Part shown: positions 1-61,347 of the stretch, piece by piece | Layout of the letters: each line of letters opens with the position of its first letter | How positions within the stretch are numbered: position 1 is the first letter of the stretch | Source: Octopus vulgaris | Taxonomy: Eukaryota | Direction of reading: 5' to 3' | Assembly (NCBI GenBank): GCA_951406725.2 | Contig: OX597816.1 | Location: 25,420,001-25,484,000, forward strand | Length of the DNA: 64,000 nucleotides | Notes under the pieces: generated by a model | What the model was told of the DNA's origin: nothing | What the model saw: the letters and a program-made list of their open reading frames with translations, nothing else | The model's database searches: none | Translations under genes and position numbers: made by a program

Positions 1-230
1 CCGGCCCTTATGAGCCAGGCATGGCTCGAGAAGGAACAAACAATCATTCTGTTTATTGTGTGCATGCCGTGTGACGATATGTAAAGTCTGATCTGTAGCT
101 GAAACACATTTGTCTGGAATCTACTTTCCGAAGATTAGCTGAAATGCATCTACCTGTGCAAAATAAACATCAAGAGATTTTGAACTATTTTGCATAAGCA
201 GATATTTCCTTCTGATATTTCATCATCTTA

Positions 231-560
231 AGGCGACGAGCTGGAAGAATGCTAAACGGGACGAAATGCTTAGTCGGATTTCGTCCATCATCACGTTGTA
301 AGTTCAAATTTCTGTGAGGCCGACTTTGCTTTTCATTCCTACGGGGTCGATAAAATAAGTACCAGTTGACCACTGGGGTCGATGCGATCGATTTACCTAT
401 CTCCCCGAAATTGCTGGCCTTGTGCCAAAATTTGAAATCAGTATTTTATCATTTTAAGGCGGCGAGCTGACAGAATCGTTAGCACGGCGGACCAAATGCT
501 TAGCGGCATTTCATCCGTCTTTACGTTCTGAGTTCAAATGCTTTGCTCTTCATCCTCTCG
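231..560 (+). mobile_element. tRNA-derived SINE family A, two degenerate copies
   Basis: Head AGGCGGCGAGCTGGCAG...GAGTTCAAATT and body GACTTTGCCTTTCATCCTTTCGGGGTCGATAAA-AAGTACCAG, repeated more than 15 times in the window; the body resembles the Meta-type SINE central domain (from memory). Confidence 0.75.
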
Positions 561-741
561 GAATGCAGCGCAATGGGACAGAACCTGAAACCATGTGGTT
601 GGGGAGCAAGCTTCATACCACACAGTCATTCCTGCGACTATGCATTTTATAGAAAGATATGTGTTTATAACCCTGTGTGTAGATCTTATCTGTTTTTCGA
701 CTGAAATAATACTTATGATTTTCGTTACTGCTACATTTCAG

Positions 742-975
742 GTACGATGGATTTTGTTCGAGTTATTAAAGCATATATTAAAGGAATCCCGATGTTATCT
801 TATGTTTCAAACGATATAAAACAATGCAGTTCTAAATGCCTTGAAATTGACGAATGCAAGTCTTTTAACTACGATACTAAATTTCATATTTGTGAATTGT
901 TCACAATCAACGCTGCTTCGAGTACTGTCTTAACATCGAGAGGATGCTACCACAAGGTTTATTATCAACGTGTCC
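742..975 (+). CDS. Exon of plus-strand gene (5' part outside window): PAN/apple domain 1
   Basis: tttcAG acceptor at 740-741, GTAAG donor at 976; 234 nt, phase 1-1. Translation TMDFVRVIKAYIKG...QCSSKCLEIDECKSFNYDTKFHICELF...GCYHKVYYQRV has the PAN pattern CxxxC..C.SFNY......C.L. Confidence 0.88.
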
Positions 976-1114
976 GTAAGTATACTTCATAAATATAACT
1001 AAATAAATTTCTATTCGTTGAATAATACATTGTTGTTGTTGTTGTCGTCGTCTTCGTCCTCCATGTTTCTCTTCCTTCGCCCACTCCTCCCCTTTATCGC
1101 TCATCAATATATAT

Positions 1115-1346
1115 ATTTCTTTACTACCCACAAGGGGCTAAACATAGAGGGGACAAACAAGGACAGACAAAGGGATTAAGTCGATTACACAGACCCCAGT
1201 GCGAAACTGGTACTTTATTTATCGACCCAGAAAGGATGAAAGACAAAGTCGACCTCGGCGGAATTTGAACTCAGAACGTAACAGCAGACGAAATACGGCT
1301 ACGCATTTCGCCCGGCGTGCTAACGTTTCTGCCAGCTCGCCGCCTT
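1115..1346 (-). mobile_element. SINE family A, full-length
   Basis: Reverse complement of the 3530-3763 copy including the tail ...AGCCCCTTGTGGGTAGTAAAGAAA. Confidence 0.85.
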
Positions 1347-1844
1347 AATATATATATTATGAATATATATGCTCATGAATATATATGCATTTGTGTGTAT
1401 ATATATGTTGTTTGTTCCTCTTCGAGCCACGCCTGGCTCATAAGGGTTCACTCCCTGCTTGCAATATATATCAAATGCAGACTGTATCGAATGACCAGCT
1501 GGAGAAGGCATCCTCCTGAGGTTAAAATAGCTACGGAACAGCCATATTTAAGTGGTGATAAACGTTAATTCTCAGTATTATTTCTGCTGTCATCTCTTAT
1601 AGAGATTTTCTGAACTTGCTAATTTGCTTGTTAATCCTCCTCTATTTTCTTTTACCCAAAGTCGGGAACTTTTCTGTACCCATTGTCATCTTCTACATCA
1701 TCACATTCCAGAATTATCTAAATTCATGCTATTGTTCCACTCCAGCAATTTTTCGTTGTTGTGTTTCTGTACATGAAATTGAATTTATAATGCGATTGAA
1801 GTAACCAACTGAATAATATCTTTTCAATTTCATTCATTTTAAAG

Positions 1845-2060
1845 TGTCAAAAAATACCTCGATAAATGGAGCTTCAATTATTGACTGCCATACTTTAGAA
1901 GTGAGCGAAGGAATATCTACAATAAAGTTATGTGAAGCGAAGTGTTTGCTGAAAAAGTGTTCAGCGTTTGATTATTCAAAACTTCAGAGAACATGTAGAA
2001 TTATGCTTTCTACAAAAACAGAATTTCAACTTACAGGAGACGAGAAGAAGACGTTTGTTG
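1845..2060 (+). CDS. Exon of plus-strand gene: PAN/apple domain 2
   Basis: Pyrimidine tract + aaAG at 1843-1844, GTAAG at 2061; 216 nt, phase 1-1, in frame with the previous exon. SKNTSINGASIIDC...LCEAKCLLKKCSAFDYSKLQRTCRIM. Confidence 0.88.
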
Positions 2061-2582
2061 GTAAGCCACGCATAACAAATTTTTGAAAACTATTTAAATA
2101 TTCTCTCTGCTTGTGTTATTATGAATTTGTTTAACTTATTACATAATTTACAACAAATGTATTATGGGTGTTTGGTTGAGAAGTTCTCTTTGTATGCAAA
2201 TGGTTCCGGATTCAGTCCATCTCCATGGACTCTTGGGCAAGTGTCTTCTATGATACTACAACGCCAGGCTGACCAATGTCTTGTGAGTGAATTTGGTAAA
2301 TAGAAACTGCGTGGAAATATATATATATATATAATTATTAGGGAATAAAATCCAAACTTACAAGGAAAAAGAATTCAATTTAGAAATACTAAATCAAATT
2401 CCACACAATATAAGATATATATAAAATATTAGAAAAAAACACCTTTTATCAATTCAATATATATATATCACGTGATCACGTGACCGACCAGACCATCAGA
2501 TGTTGCTATACATCGCTGGTCACAATGCGGTCGCATTGTTTTAGCCTTCGAATGACGCCACCCCACTGGCTAAGCGAGCAGG

Positions 2583-2617
<35 letters not shown>

Positions 2618-3529
2618 GTTCATATATATATATATGTATATATATATGTTTATGTGTGTGTGTGCGTCTGTTTCTGTGTTTGTCTCCGCCAATGCTTGGC
2701 AACCATTGTTAGTTGTCTACAGTGCTGCAACCTAGTGGTTCGTCCAAAAGTGGCCGACAGACTAAGTAGACCGAAGGAAAATCATCGAAGCACGATAAAA
2801 TATAAAGAATATTCACAAGATATTTTCAATATCAAACGATAAAGAAAATTCTTTCTGCCTGCTTTGTTGCTATTACAATGAAAGCAGCCAAACTGTTACA
2901 TCGAATCGTGCCATGGTTTACTTGAACGTCGTTCATGATGCTCAATTTTATCGAAATATTTTTGATACATTGCCAGAAAGCGTGGAAAAGTTGCATTACT
3001 CCAATTCAATCATTCATTTATTCATTCTGGGGCCAGTATTACCTGTGAGTGAGAAGTCCATTCTCTGCCTATCTCTAGCCAGCCTTGACCATGCAAGCCC
3101 AAAGAGAGGTGTGAAATCGATGCACCATCTCATCTCTGGTCAGTCGTGAGATTTAGGCCATTGTCTTGGTGTCCATTCAGTGGCTTGGATCATCAATCTA
3201 CTGTCCTTAAATCATGCAAAGTAACTAATGATGAAATCATCGATTCCTCTCTGCTATCAGGTCTAAATACTTCTATTCCGATCGCGCGGAGGGATGCCGA
3301 GCATTCGACCGAGCTTGCGACCACGTGTAACTCCAATATGGTGATGTTTAATATACGCATCTGACTACACGGGCTTGCTATAGTCGTTGACTATCTTAGT
3401 TCTGATCCAACACTCTAATTAGACCAATATATGAATTAATTCCATCGACAAATCTAAGCGCTCTTTTACGTTCTAATAACGTTCTACTAGTTCGATTCTC
3501 TATTTCGCTAAAATATATTCTCTTTGTTT

Positions 3530-3763
3530 AAGGCGGCGAGCTGGCAGAAACGTTAGCACGCTGGGCGAAATGCGTAGCCGTATTTCGTCTGCCGTTACGT
3601 TCTGGGTTCAAATTCCGTCGAGGTCGACTTTGCCTTTCATCCTTTCGGGGTCGATAAATTAAGTACCAGTTACGCACTGGGGTCGATGTAGTCGACTTAA
3701 TCCGTTTTATCTGTCCTTGTTTGTACCCCTGTGTGTCTAGCCCCTTGTGGGTAGTAAAGAAAT
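3530..3763 (+). mobile_element. SINE family A, full-length with 17-bp target-site duplication
   Basis: Flanked by ATATATTCTCTTTGTTT at 3513-3529 and 3764-3780. Confidence 0.9.
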
Positions 3764-3785
3764 ATATATTCTCTTTGTTTTTCAG

Positions 3786-3799
3786 CCATTACATATTAA
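3786..3799 (+). CDS. Probable terminal coding exon of plus-strand gene (AITY*)
   Basis: Strong acceptor tctctttgtttttcAG (3784-3785); phase 1 join gives G|CC ATT ACA TAT TAA; AATAAA at 3851 and again near 3898. Confidence 0.55.
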
Positions 3800-3850
3800 G
3801 AAAAAACGCCGTTGCTTTCGGAGAAAATGTTCCTGTCACTATTTTTTATG

Positions 3851-3856
3851 AATAAA
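3851..3856 (+). terminator. Candidate polyadenylation signal of plus-strand gene
   Basis: AATAAA about 50 nt after the predicted stop; AT-rich context makes it non-unique. Confidence 0.4.
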
Positions 3857-4149
3857 AAAAAAAGGATATGTGGAAAACATTTGAAGTAAACGCATTTAAT
3901 AAATAAATAAATAGATAGAATTAAAATTACTATAAATGTAATGCTTTTCTCTAGCATTTTCATTTAGATATTTGAAAGTATCAATAATGAATAAAGATGT
4001 TAACTATGCATATACTGAGTAGTTTTGTATTCACTATTTGTAAGAAACCTATAATCAGAAAACAAATGTGGTACTCAGTACTATATAGAACATGACCACC
4101 ACACCTGTTCTCTGTTTATCATTATTATTATTATTATCTTTATTATTAT

Positions 4150-4345
4150 TCAGTAGTTTTATTTTTATTGCGTGCTTTCACTTCACTACCGAGCGCAGCT
4201 CTGTGTGCCTTGGGTATGTGCTGTGATTTGTTGTGATGCTCTGATGGTTATTGTATGGAAAGTGCTCTGCGTAGGATGTGTGCAGTGCCTAGTAGTGCAA
4301 TTTTCTGTATGTTATACGTGTTTGTAAGTCCTGGTGTTTTTGTTA
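4150..4345 (-). mobile_element. 3' end of R4/Dong-like non-LTR retrotransposon in (AAT)n
   Basis: Minus-strand translation TPGLTNTYNIQKIALLGTAHILRRALSIQ*, typical C-terminus of restriction-like-endonuclease elements; (AAT)n on both sides. Confidence 0.7.
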
Positions 4346-4402
4346 TTATCATTATCATTATTATTATTATTATCATTTTCATTATCATTATCCTCATTAT
4401 TA

Positions 4403-4485
<83 letters not shown>

Positions 4486-4678
4486 TTCTATTATTTGGCT
4501 CTTATGTCGCACACTAGCCTATCTCAAGGATACGGTGTAGCGTTATTCTATACCGTATACTGGAATGGAGAGTGAGAACTACTACTGAACCCAATTTTCG
4601 ATTGTTTCGCACCTTACTGGTTCCCTTTATATACGTCTGTGTGTGCATGTGTGTGTATGTATGCATATATATGTATGC

Positions 4679-4711
<33 letters not shown>

Positions 4712-4848
4712 TATATTTATATATGTATATATATATTTATATATGTATATATATGTTTATATATATGTTATATATATGTTATATATGTTTATATATATGT
4801 TATATATATGTTATATATGTTTATATATATGTTATATAAACTTGTTTG

Positions 4849-5195
4849 TGGAGGCGCAATGACCCAGTGATTAGGACAGCAGTCTTAGGATCGCGGTTTC
4901 AATTCCTAGACCGGGCGTTGTGAGTATCTGTTGAGCGAAAACACCTAAATCGCTACGAGGCTCCGGCAGGGTGTGGTGGTGATCCCTGCTGTTCTCTTTC
5001 ATCACAACTTTCTCTCACTCCTTCTCCCTGTTTCAAAGGGCCAGCCTTTTCACACTCTGTGTCACACTGAATCTCCCGAGAACTACGTTAAGTGCACACG
5101 TGTCTGTGGAGTGCTATGTTAATATCACGAGCAGGCTGTTCCGTTGATCGGATCAACTGGAACACTCGTCGTCGTAACCTACGAAGTGCCAACAA
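4849..5195 (+). mobile_element. SINE family C head with family-D tail
   Basis: GGAGGCGCAATGACCCAGTGATTAGG tRNA-like head shared with 28772, 45221, 53308; 3' half matches 9150-9320. Confidence 0.8.
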
Positions 5196-5502
5196 CATAT
5201 ATATATATATATATATATGAAGTAGATAAATGTTACAACAAGGCACCAATATTTACTGGAAAATAGCAATAGATATAAATACAACGCTATTGTATAGCTT
5301 CACTGCGTATATACTAGCAAAGACGTGTGTGTGCAACAAACATGAAAAAGATAATGCACCGGTTTCTAACTCTTCAAATACGTTTGACAACGTAAATTTG
5401 ATTAGTCTTCATCAGCTGCATTTACCTAGACAAAATTTCAAATGTTGCTACATCAATGCCAGTACACTCGTCTGAATGCTAAAACTTTAACAGAACGAGA
5501 AC

Positions 5503-5673
5503 ATACTGGACGAGCTAGAATTCATGACTCACTTATTAGTTATATTTCTTAATATGCTTATTTTATTGTTATTTCGTAGTTGTTGTATTGTTTAAACTTA
5601 TTATTTGATTCCTTAATATGCATATTAATAAATATAATTAACAAGTAAGTCATGAATTCTGGCCCACACTGTA
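5503..5673. mobile_element. Small Tc1/mariner-like MITE
   Basis: About 43-bp imperfect inverted repeats (AGAATTCATGACT...TTAATATGC / GCATATTAA...AGTCATGAATTCT); right end CACACTG-TA. Confidence 0.6.
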
Positions 5674-5699
5674 TATATGTATAGTAATGATAACAATAA

Positions 5700-6180
5700 T
5701 CCAACGATGGAATTTCACAAATATTTTAAAGCATCGCTACGCGCGTTTCCACAAATCATATGTTGTTTGTGACCATAATCCGCATACCTAGGATGATTAC
5801 AATGTGATTTGTAATATCCATGGATATTATGACATGCTGTTATTCATGCGTTCATATCCTCAAGCGGAAGCTGGCATAATAACATAAAAGCTTTTAAATG
5901 CGTACTCACGAACGTTTCTCGTAAATGAACTTAAAGGGTATATATCTCGCCTGAAGATGGAGGCAGTGTTACTCGATAATTGATCCAAGTAACTAACATT
6001 ATTCCGGACCACCAAGCCCCCAGAAACAGCTGTTGGATTCCTAAAACACTACCCATTTAACCCCTGGTATAATTCATATTCTGTAATTTGGACTATTTTT
6101 TATCCATACATGTACATTTTTTTTATTAAATGTATTTAATATTCTGCATGAATCGATTTGCATAACTTGTTTGTCATTAC
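5700..6180 (+). mobile_element. Penelope-like element 3' relic with hammerhead-like motif
   Basis: CTGAAGA (5951)...GAAACAGCTGTT (6023-6034) with pairing stem; upstream decayed coding remnants; ends in (TA)n. Confidence 0.5.
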
Positions 6181-6359
6181 ATTTACTTATATATATATAT
6201 ATATATATATGTTCTCTCTTCAAAACGGTATGATTTCAAGGGAATTGGCTGCGACTTCGAGAGGGGCAGTCAACGGAGTAAAGGTACTTTTAACCTTTCA
6301 CGCTTCTCGAAATAATTAAAAAATTATGTAATTAATTAATAATTAAAACATTGACTATC

Positions 6360-7015
6360 AGTTATTGACTGTTCTTATAGTGGTTTCTAATTTACGCACA
6401 TGTCCAGTAGTTTCGAGGGAAAGTGTTATGCGAAACCATCGGCCCTAGTTCAGACCTAAACCTCATCTTATTGACTCCAGACGGATAAAAGGCGAAGCTT
6501 ATCTCGGTAACATTTGAGGTAGGGACGTAAAGAACCGGAACTTCATGTTTTAATAATCTTTTCTTATCTTACGACAAGACCAGCAGTTTTTGAAAGTGTG
6601 TAGTCGACTACATCGATCCCAGCGCTCAACGGGTACCTTTTTTTATTAACCTCAAAAGAATGAAAGGTAAAGTAACCTCGGCAGTATTTGAACTCAGAAT
6701 GTAGAGTCGGAAGAACTACCGCTAAGCATTTTGTCCGGCACTGTCACGATTCGGCCAGCTTACCGCCTTATTTCATATCTCAATGACATCTACAACTAAG
6801 GAGGAGAGCTGGTAGAATCGTTACAACGCGTGACAAAATCTTCAGCGGTATTTTGTCAGTTTATATGTTCTGAGTTCAAATTCTGCCGAGGTCAATTTGG
6901 ATTTCATCTTTGCGGAGTCGACAAAATAAGAAACATTTGAGCAATGGGGTTGATATAACCGACTAAACTTCTCTCCCGAAATCGCTGGCCTTCTGTTAAA
7001 ATATAGAACTAATAA
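6360..7015. mobile_element. Cluster of old SINE family A copies in both orientations
   Basis: Diverged matches to the family A head and body. Confidence 0.65.
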
Positions 7016-7043
7016 TATTTACCTGAAGTATGTTTATACTCGT

Positions 7044-7320
7044 GGAGGCACATGGCCTCGTGGTTAGAGCAGCGGACTTGCGGTTGAGTGATCGCGGGTT
7101 CGAATCTCTACCGGGCGATATGTTTGTTTATGAGCGAAACACCTAAGATCAACGCGGCTCCGGCAGAAGGTAATGGCGAACTTCTGCTGACTCTTTCGCC
7201 ACAACTTTCTCTCACTCTTTCCTCCTGCATCTTGCGTCCTGTCCAGGTGGGGAACCTATACGCCAAGGAAACCGGGAAACCGGCCCTTATGAGCCAGGCG
7301 TGGCTCGAGAAGCAACTAAC
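7044..7320 (+). mobile_element. SINE family C-related
   Basis: GGAGGCACATGGCCTCGTGGTTAGAGC...GGTTCGAATC A/B boxes; tail also at 1-45; inverted copy at 17258-17546. Confidence 0.8.
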
Positions 7321-7566
7321 AACATTGTTCATACTTAAGATTAAATTCTTAATTTTTTTTAAAAAGAGAAAGATAAAGGAAATAATAGGTGTTAATCTTA
7401 TGGTAGTTGGTATTTTCTTAAGAAATCTTTCACTATTAACAACACAATCAAATTTATCAAATAAGCAAAAATCAAAAGACACTCATGCTGAAATATATTT
7501 ATTTTCAATATAACGTGAATGTGTTTATAAAATACTAACACTATATATTTATATATATATATATAT

Positions 7567-7887
7567 AAAGGAAATGAAGAAAACGCTGACAAAATAATTT
7601 AAGTAAAGGAGAGTGTATTTAATTAGGTGAAAGTTCTTTTTACCGGTTGCGCATTTGTTATGTTTATCAAAAGATATTTTTTTAAGAGAGATAGAGTTCA
7701 TTTCTGATAGATTTTTTTCTCTTATCTGATAAGAGAAAAAAAATCTATCAGAAAGAACTCTATCTCTCTTTAAAAAATATCTTTTGATAAGCATAACAAA
7801 TGCGCAACCGGTAAAAAGAACTTTCACTTAATTAAATACACTCTCCTTTACTTAAATTATTTTGTCAGCATTTTCTTCATTTCCTTT
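7567..7887. repeat. About 320-bp near-perfect palindrome between TA-rich flanks
   Basis: Arms of about 160 bp centred on CTTATC-T-GATAAG (7727); a single arm recurs at 11075-11210. Confidence 0.9.
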
Positions 7888-7924
7888 TTTTATATATCAC
7901 AACTCGTGTTCCACATCTCCTTTT

Positions 7925-7980
<56 letters not shown>

Positions 7981-7990
7981 TATATATATG

Positions 7991-8044
<54 letters not shown>

Positions 8045-8792
8045 GTATGTATGTGTGTGTGCATAAGCATATATATCTGTATAGGGAGACAGATATGTAC
8101 CTGTGTGACTGTGCATGCATGTACACCCGAGAGGTTTAATTATCCTGTATAATATACACACCGACATGCACATGTGCAGTTAAATGCGTACCTATCTCTC
8201 AGTAGTTCTGACTATATTTTAAGCGTGTTTTTGTGTTTAATTGAACTAAAAAGAAAAAAAGAAAATGAGAACAAAATTCGCAATTGGCGATCCATGGTCA
8301 GGTAGAGATAGACAGGTTATACTGGAAAGGAACCTAAAAGTAAAAATAGAGTACGTTGATTAGATGACCAAAAACTAAAGATATTTATATTCATGATTAA
8401 AAAGGATAATTCTTAATAAATGCAAAATAGATAAAATTTATAATGAAATTCATAAAACCATCTCTCTTTCTCTCTCTCTCATACATACACACACACACAC
8501 GCACACACACACACACACTTTGTACAATAGGCACAAGACCTAAGGCCGGAACTTCGTAGGGAGGGTGCAACTCTGTTACATCTACCCCAATGTTCAACTG
8601 GTTCGTAAGTCATCGATCCCGAATGTCAAGCACGGTGAAATTTGAACTCAGGACATAAAGATGGACGAGATACAACTAAGCATTTTCCTCGTCGTGCTAA
8701 TAATTCTGTTAGGCACTCTTCTCATAGTCCACATTCCTACAATTTCGTCTTTTAGTAGTCGGTAGTTATCAATTTCCTCTATAGTTATTATA

Positions 8793-9519
8793 CAGGGTGT
8801 CCACAAGGTCTGGGTACATGGAGTAAATAAAATCATAACATAAAGAATTAAACATAAGAAATAATAATTTCTTAAAGTATGTGTTAATCCCCATGTGGGT
8901 ACATGGAGTAAATAAAATCATGACATAAAGAATTAGATATAAGAAATAATAATTTCTTAAAGTATGTGTTAATCCCCATGTGAGTACATGGAGTAAGTGA
9001 GGGCGCGTGGCTTAGTGGTTAGGGCATTCGGCTCATGATCGTAAGGTTGTGAGTTCGATTCCCGGCGACGCGTTGTGTCCTTGAGCAAGACACTTTATTT
9101 CACGTTGCTCCAGTCCACTCAGCTGGCAAAAATGAGTTGTACTTGTATTTCAAAGGGTCAGCCTTGTCACTCTCTGTGTCACGCTGATTATCCCCGAGAA
9201 CTACGTTAAGGGTACACGTGTCTGTGGAATGCTCAGCCATTTGCACGTTAATTTCACGAGCAAGCTGTTCCGTTGATCGTATCAGCTGGGACCCTCGTCG
9301 TCGTAACCGGCGGAGTCTTTTAAACTTTAAACATGGAGTAAATAGAATCATAACATAAAGAATTAAGTATAAGAAATAATAATTTCTTAAAGTTTGTGTT
9401 AATCCCCATGTGGGTACATGGAATAAATAAAATCATAACATAAAGAATTAGATATAAGAAATAATAATTTCTTAAAGTATGTGTTAATCCCCTTCTACCC
9501 TGACTTTGTGGACACCCTT
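8793..9519. mobile_element. Tc1/mariner-type MITE with four internal 85-bp tandem units and a nested SINE
   Basis: TA|CAGGGTGTCCACAAGGTCTGGGTA ... TACCCTGACTTTGTGGACACCCTT|TA; units start at 8812, 8897, 8982 and 9412. Confidence 0.8.
8998..9325 (+). mobile_element. SINE family D (tRNA head, CORE-like GTGTCCTTGAGCAAGACACTTTA) with 11-bp TSD
   Basis: ACATGGAGTAA at 8986-8996 and 9331-9341; related copies at 56357-56693 (-) and 56832-57128. Confidence 0.85.
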
Positions 9520-9521
9520 TA

Positions 9522-9780
9522 GAGTGAGAGAGCAGTGCATGACATCAAAGTGACACTAGGATAACATAACATATACGTAGCTGACTACCAGTCTGATAAG
9601 GGTACACCAAGCATATACATCACAGCTATATGTGCACGACATGGTGATCTCATATCAAGACAAACAGTACATGACCTTGCAGGTGGGGCTCAGTTAGAAT
9701 TTTCTTCTGGTAGAGTAACCCATCACGATCAAATGATCCTTGAATAAGGATTGTTTAAGGATGTTCAACGAAACACCCAT
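9522..9780 (-). mobile_element. Fragment of the (AAT)n-tailed retroposon 3' region
   Basis: Reverse complement of the repeat at 29460-29990, 34446-34880 and 46290-46790. Confidence 0.75.
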
Positions 9781-9899
9781 CTTATGGCAGTTTAGCACCT
9801 GATTTTTATAGCATTTCTTTATAAGGGTTTCTTTGTCGTTTTAAAATTTTTTCTATTTTTGTAGCACCTAGCAAATTTTTGAAAAGAGCATGGATACAT

Positions 9900-10330
9900 T
9901 GAAACTCTGACGTCTGGCAGCTGACTTGGCAGACACCCATAAAATTATTAACCATCTTACAAACAATGACTCTGAGCACCTTTTCAAACTCCACCTGCCT
10001 AATACCCGTGGATATGTTTATAAAGTCAGTAAACAGCACAGCTCCCATGACTTTCGGAAACATTTTTTCACGCTAAGAGTTGCTGAAGCATGGAACAAAT
10101 TGACGGCATCAGTTGTTAGTTGTCGGAGCACTGCATCCTTAAAAACTTCCATGCTTCCTGAGATTCGCCAACACTACACCTCCATACATACGCAAGCATG
10201 TATCTGACTCATACACTGTTCACTTTCCAGACATTTGTACATTACTGCATATGCTTTATACGCACTTTTGACAAGTTGTGGTGCACCTGAGCACTGAAGA
10301 CAATAATTTCATTATTATTATTATTATTAT
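9900..10330 (+). mobile_element. CR1-clade LINE 3' end
   Basis: NTRGYVYKVSKQ...RKHFFTLRVAEAWNKL..SVV matches the CR1 RT C-terminal motif; (ATT)n tail at 10311-10330. Confidence 0.8.
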
Positions 10331-10577
10331 AAGATACTAAGAGGACTGTTGAGAAAAATCAAAGAAAGGTAATTGGAATGAGGTGGGGGGAGTTCCTATT
10401 GTCAATCATGGAAGACATCTGTCACCACATAAACTTGATTATTGCGTAACACATGTATGTACTGCTTTATTTCACTATTAAAAAATTGTAGAAATTGTAA
10501 ATAATAGAACGTGAAAATTAGATATGATTGGAATTTTATTCATTAATATATTCTATACACAATCATACAAACTCAGA

Positions 10578-10686
<109 letters not shown>

Positions 10687-11205
10687 CTATCAATCTATAT
10701 ATATATATCACACACACACACCTATATATATATAGTTTCCGTATACCAATTCCACTCAACAACGCTATTTTCGTATTTTCGAAAATTCTAAACATTCACG
10801 TGACCTCTCTATTATGACCACATCCACGTGACCTCTTTATTATGACCAATAAGAAATTTTAGGCGCGACTCTAGCCAAATTTTAACTCTGGAGCCTTTTT
10901 TCTTACCCCAACACCAACTTCCATTCAAACATTCACGTGACCCCTTCATAATGACCAATCAAAATTGTATAGACCATTGTCCACAAGAAATTTTAGGCGC
11001 GAAACCAAGCAAATCTTAAACAACTCTGGAGCCTCTTTTTTCACATATAAGAGACAGCAAACCCAACATAAAGTCAGATAAGAGGAAAAAATCTATCAGA
11101 AAGGAACTCTAATCTTTTGATAAGCATAACAAATGCGCAACCGGTAAAAAGAACTTTCACCTAATTAAATTACTTAAATTATTTTGTCAGCATTTTCTTC
11201 ATTTC

Positions 11206-11276
<71 letters not shown>

Positions 11277-11394
11277 TTATGTATGTATTTATATATATAT
11301 AAATATAAATATATATATATGTATATATATGTATATATATATATATACCGGAGTAAACACGCTGCTTAAAATAAAGTATATATATATATATAAA

Positions 11395-11486
<92 letters not shown>

Positions 11487-11910
11487 TCTCTTTACTCTCT
11501 TTTTACTCTTTTACTTGTTTCAGTCATTTGACTGTGGCCATGCTGGAGCACCGCCTTTAGTCAAGCAAATCGACCCCAGGACTTATTCTTTGTAAGCCTA
11601 GTATTTATTCTATCGGTCTCTTTTGCCGAATCGCTAAATTACGGGGACGTAAACACACTAGCATCGGTTGTCAAGCGATGTTGGCGGGGGGGGGGCAAAC
11701 ACAGACAGACAAACATATACACACACACATACATATATATATATATACACATATATACGACGGGCTTCTGTCAGTTTTCGTATACCAATTCCACTCATAA
11801 GGCTCTGGTCGGCCCGAGGCTATAGTAGAAAACACTTTCCCAAGGTGCCACGCAATGGGACTGAATCCGGAACCATGTGGTTGGTAAGCAAGCTACTTAC
11901 CACACAGCCA
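11487..11910 (-). mobile_element. SINE family B
   Basis: Reverse complement of 12609-13020. Confidence 0.85.
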
Positions 11911-11987
11911 CACATATTAAACTATAAAAGATTATTGCATTACTGATCTTTGTATCATACAAGTATAAGTGTAGATTTTTATTTACT

Positions 11988-59359
<47,372 letters not shown>

Positions 59360-59497
59360 CTGAAATGTAAAGCCAAACCGTTTCAATCATTTACTTGTTT
59401 ATATTAATAGGGGAAGAAATGTGTTCAGATGAGTTGATTTAGTTACGAGTAGCGAAAATTTCTTACGTTACGAGTATTTAGCTCTCTCCATATATAC

Positions 59498-59609
<112 letters not shown>

Positions 59610-59611
59610 AT

Positions 59612-61225
<1,614 letters not shown>

Positions 61226-61347
61226 ATATATATATTGGTAAAAACGGTAAGATAACAATAGAAAGAAAGACACCTCAAAATTATGTAAATAGAGGAATTT
61301 ATTTGTAAATGTACTATGTGACCATTATTCGGTAGCCAAGATAAAAC

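Noticed and set aside
7009-7022. Alternative last exon of the minus gene (GKYY*)
   Set aside because: Weak pyrimidine tract, overlaps a SINE tail and is farther away than 11988-12016; not fully excluded without cDNA.
8998-9075. tRNA genes at SINE heads (also 7044, 53308, 56693)
   Set aside because: A/B boxes are present but run straight into SINE bodies, some with TSDs; no complete cloverleaf or terminator.
8812-9492. 85-bp array as a CRISPR-like locus
   Set aside because: Whole units repeat with no unique spacers, it lies within MITE TIRs, and the context is eukaryotic with no cas genes.
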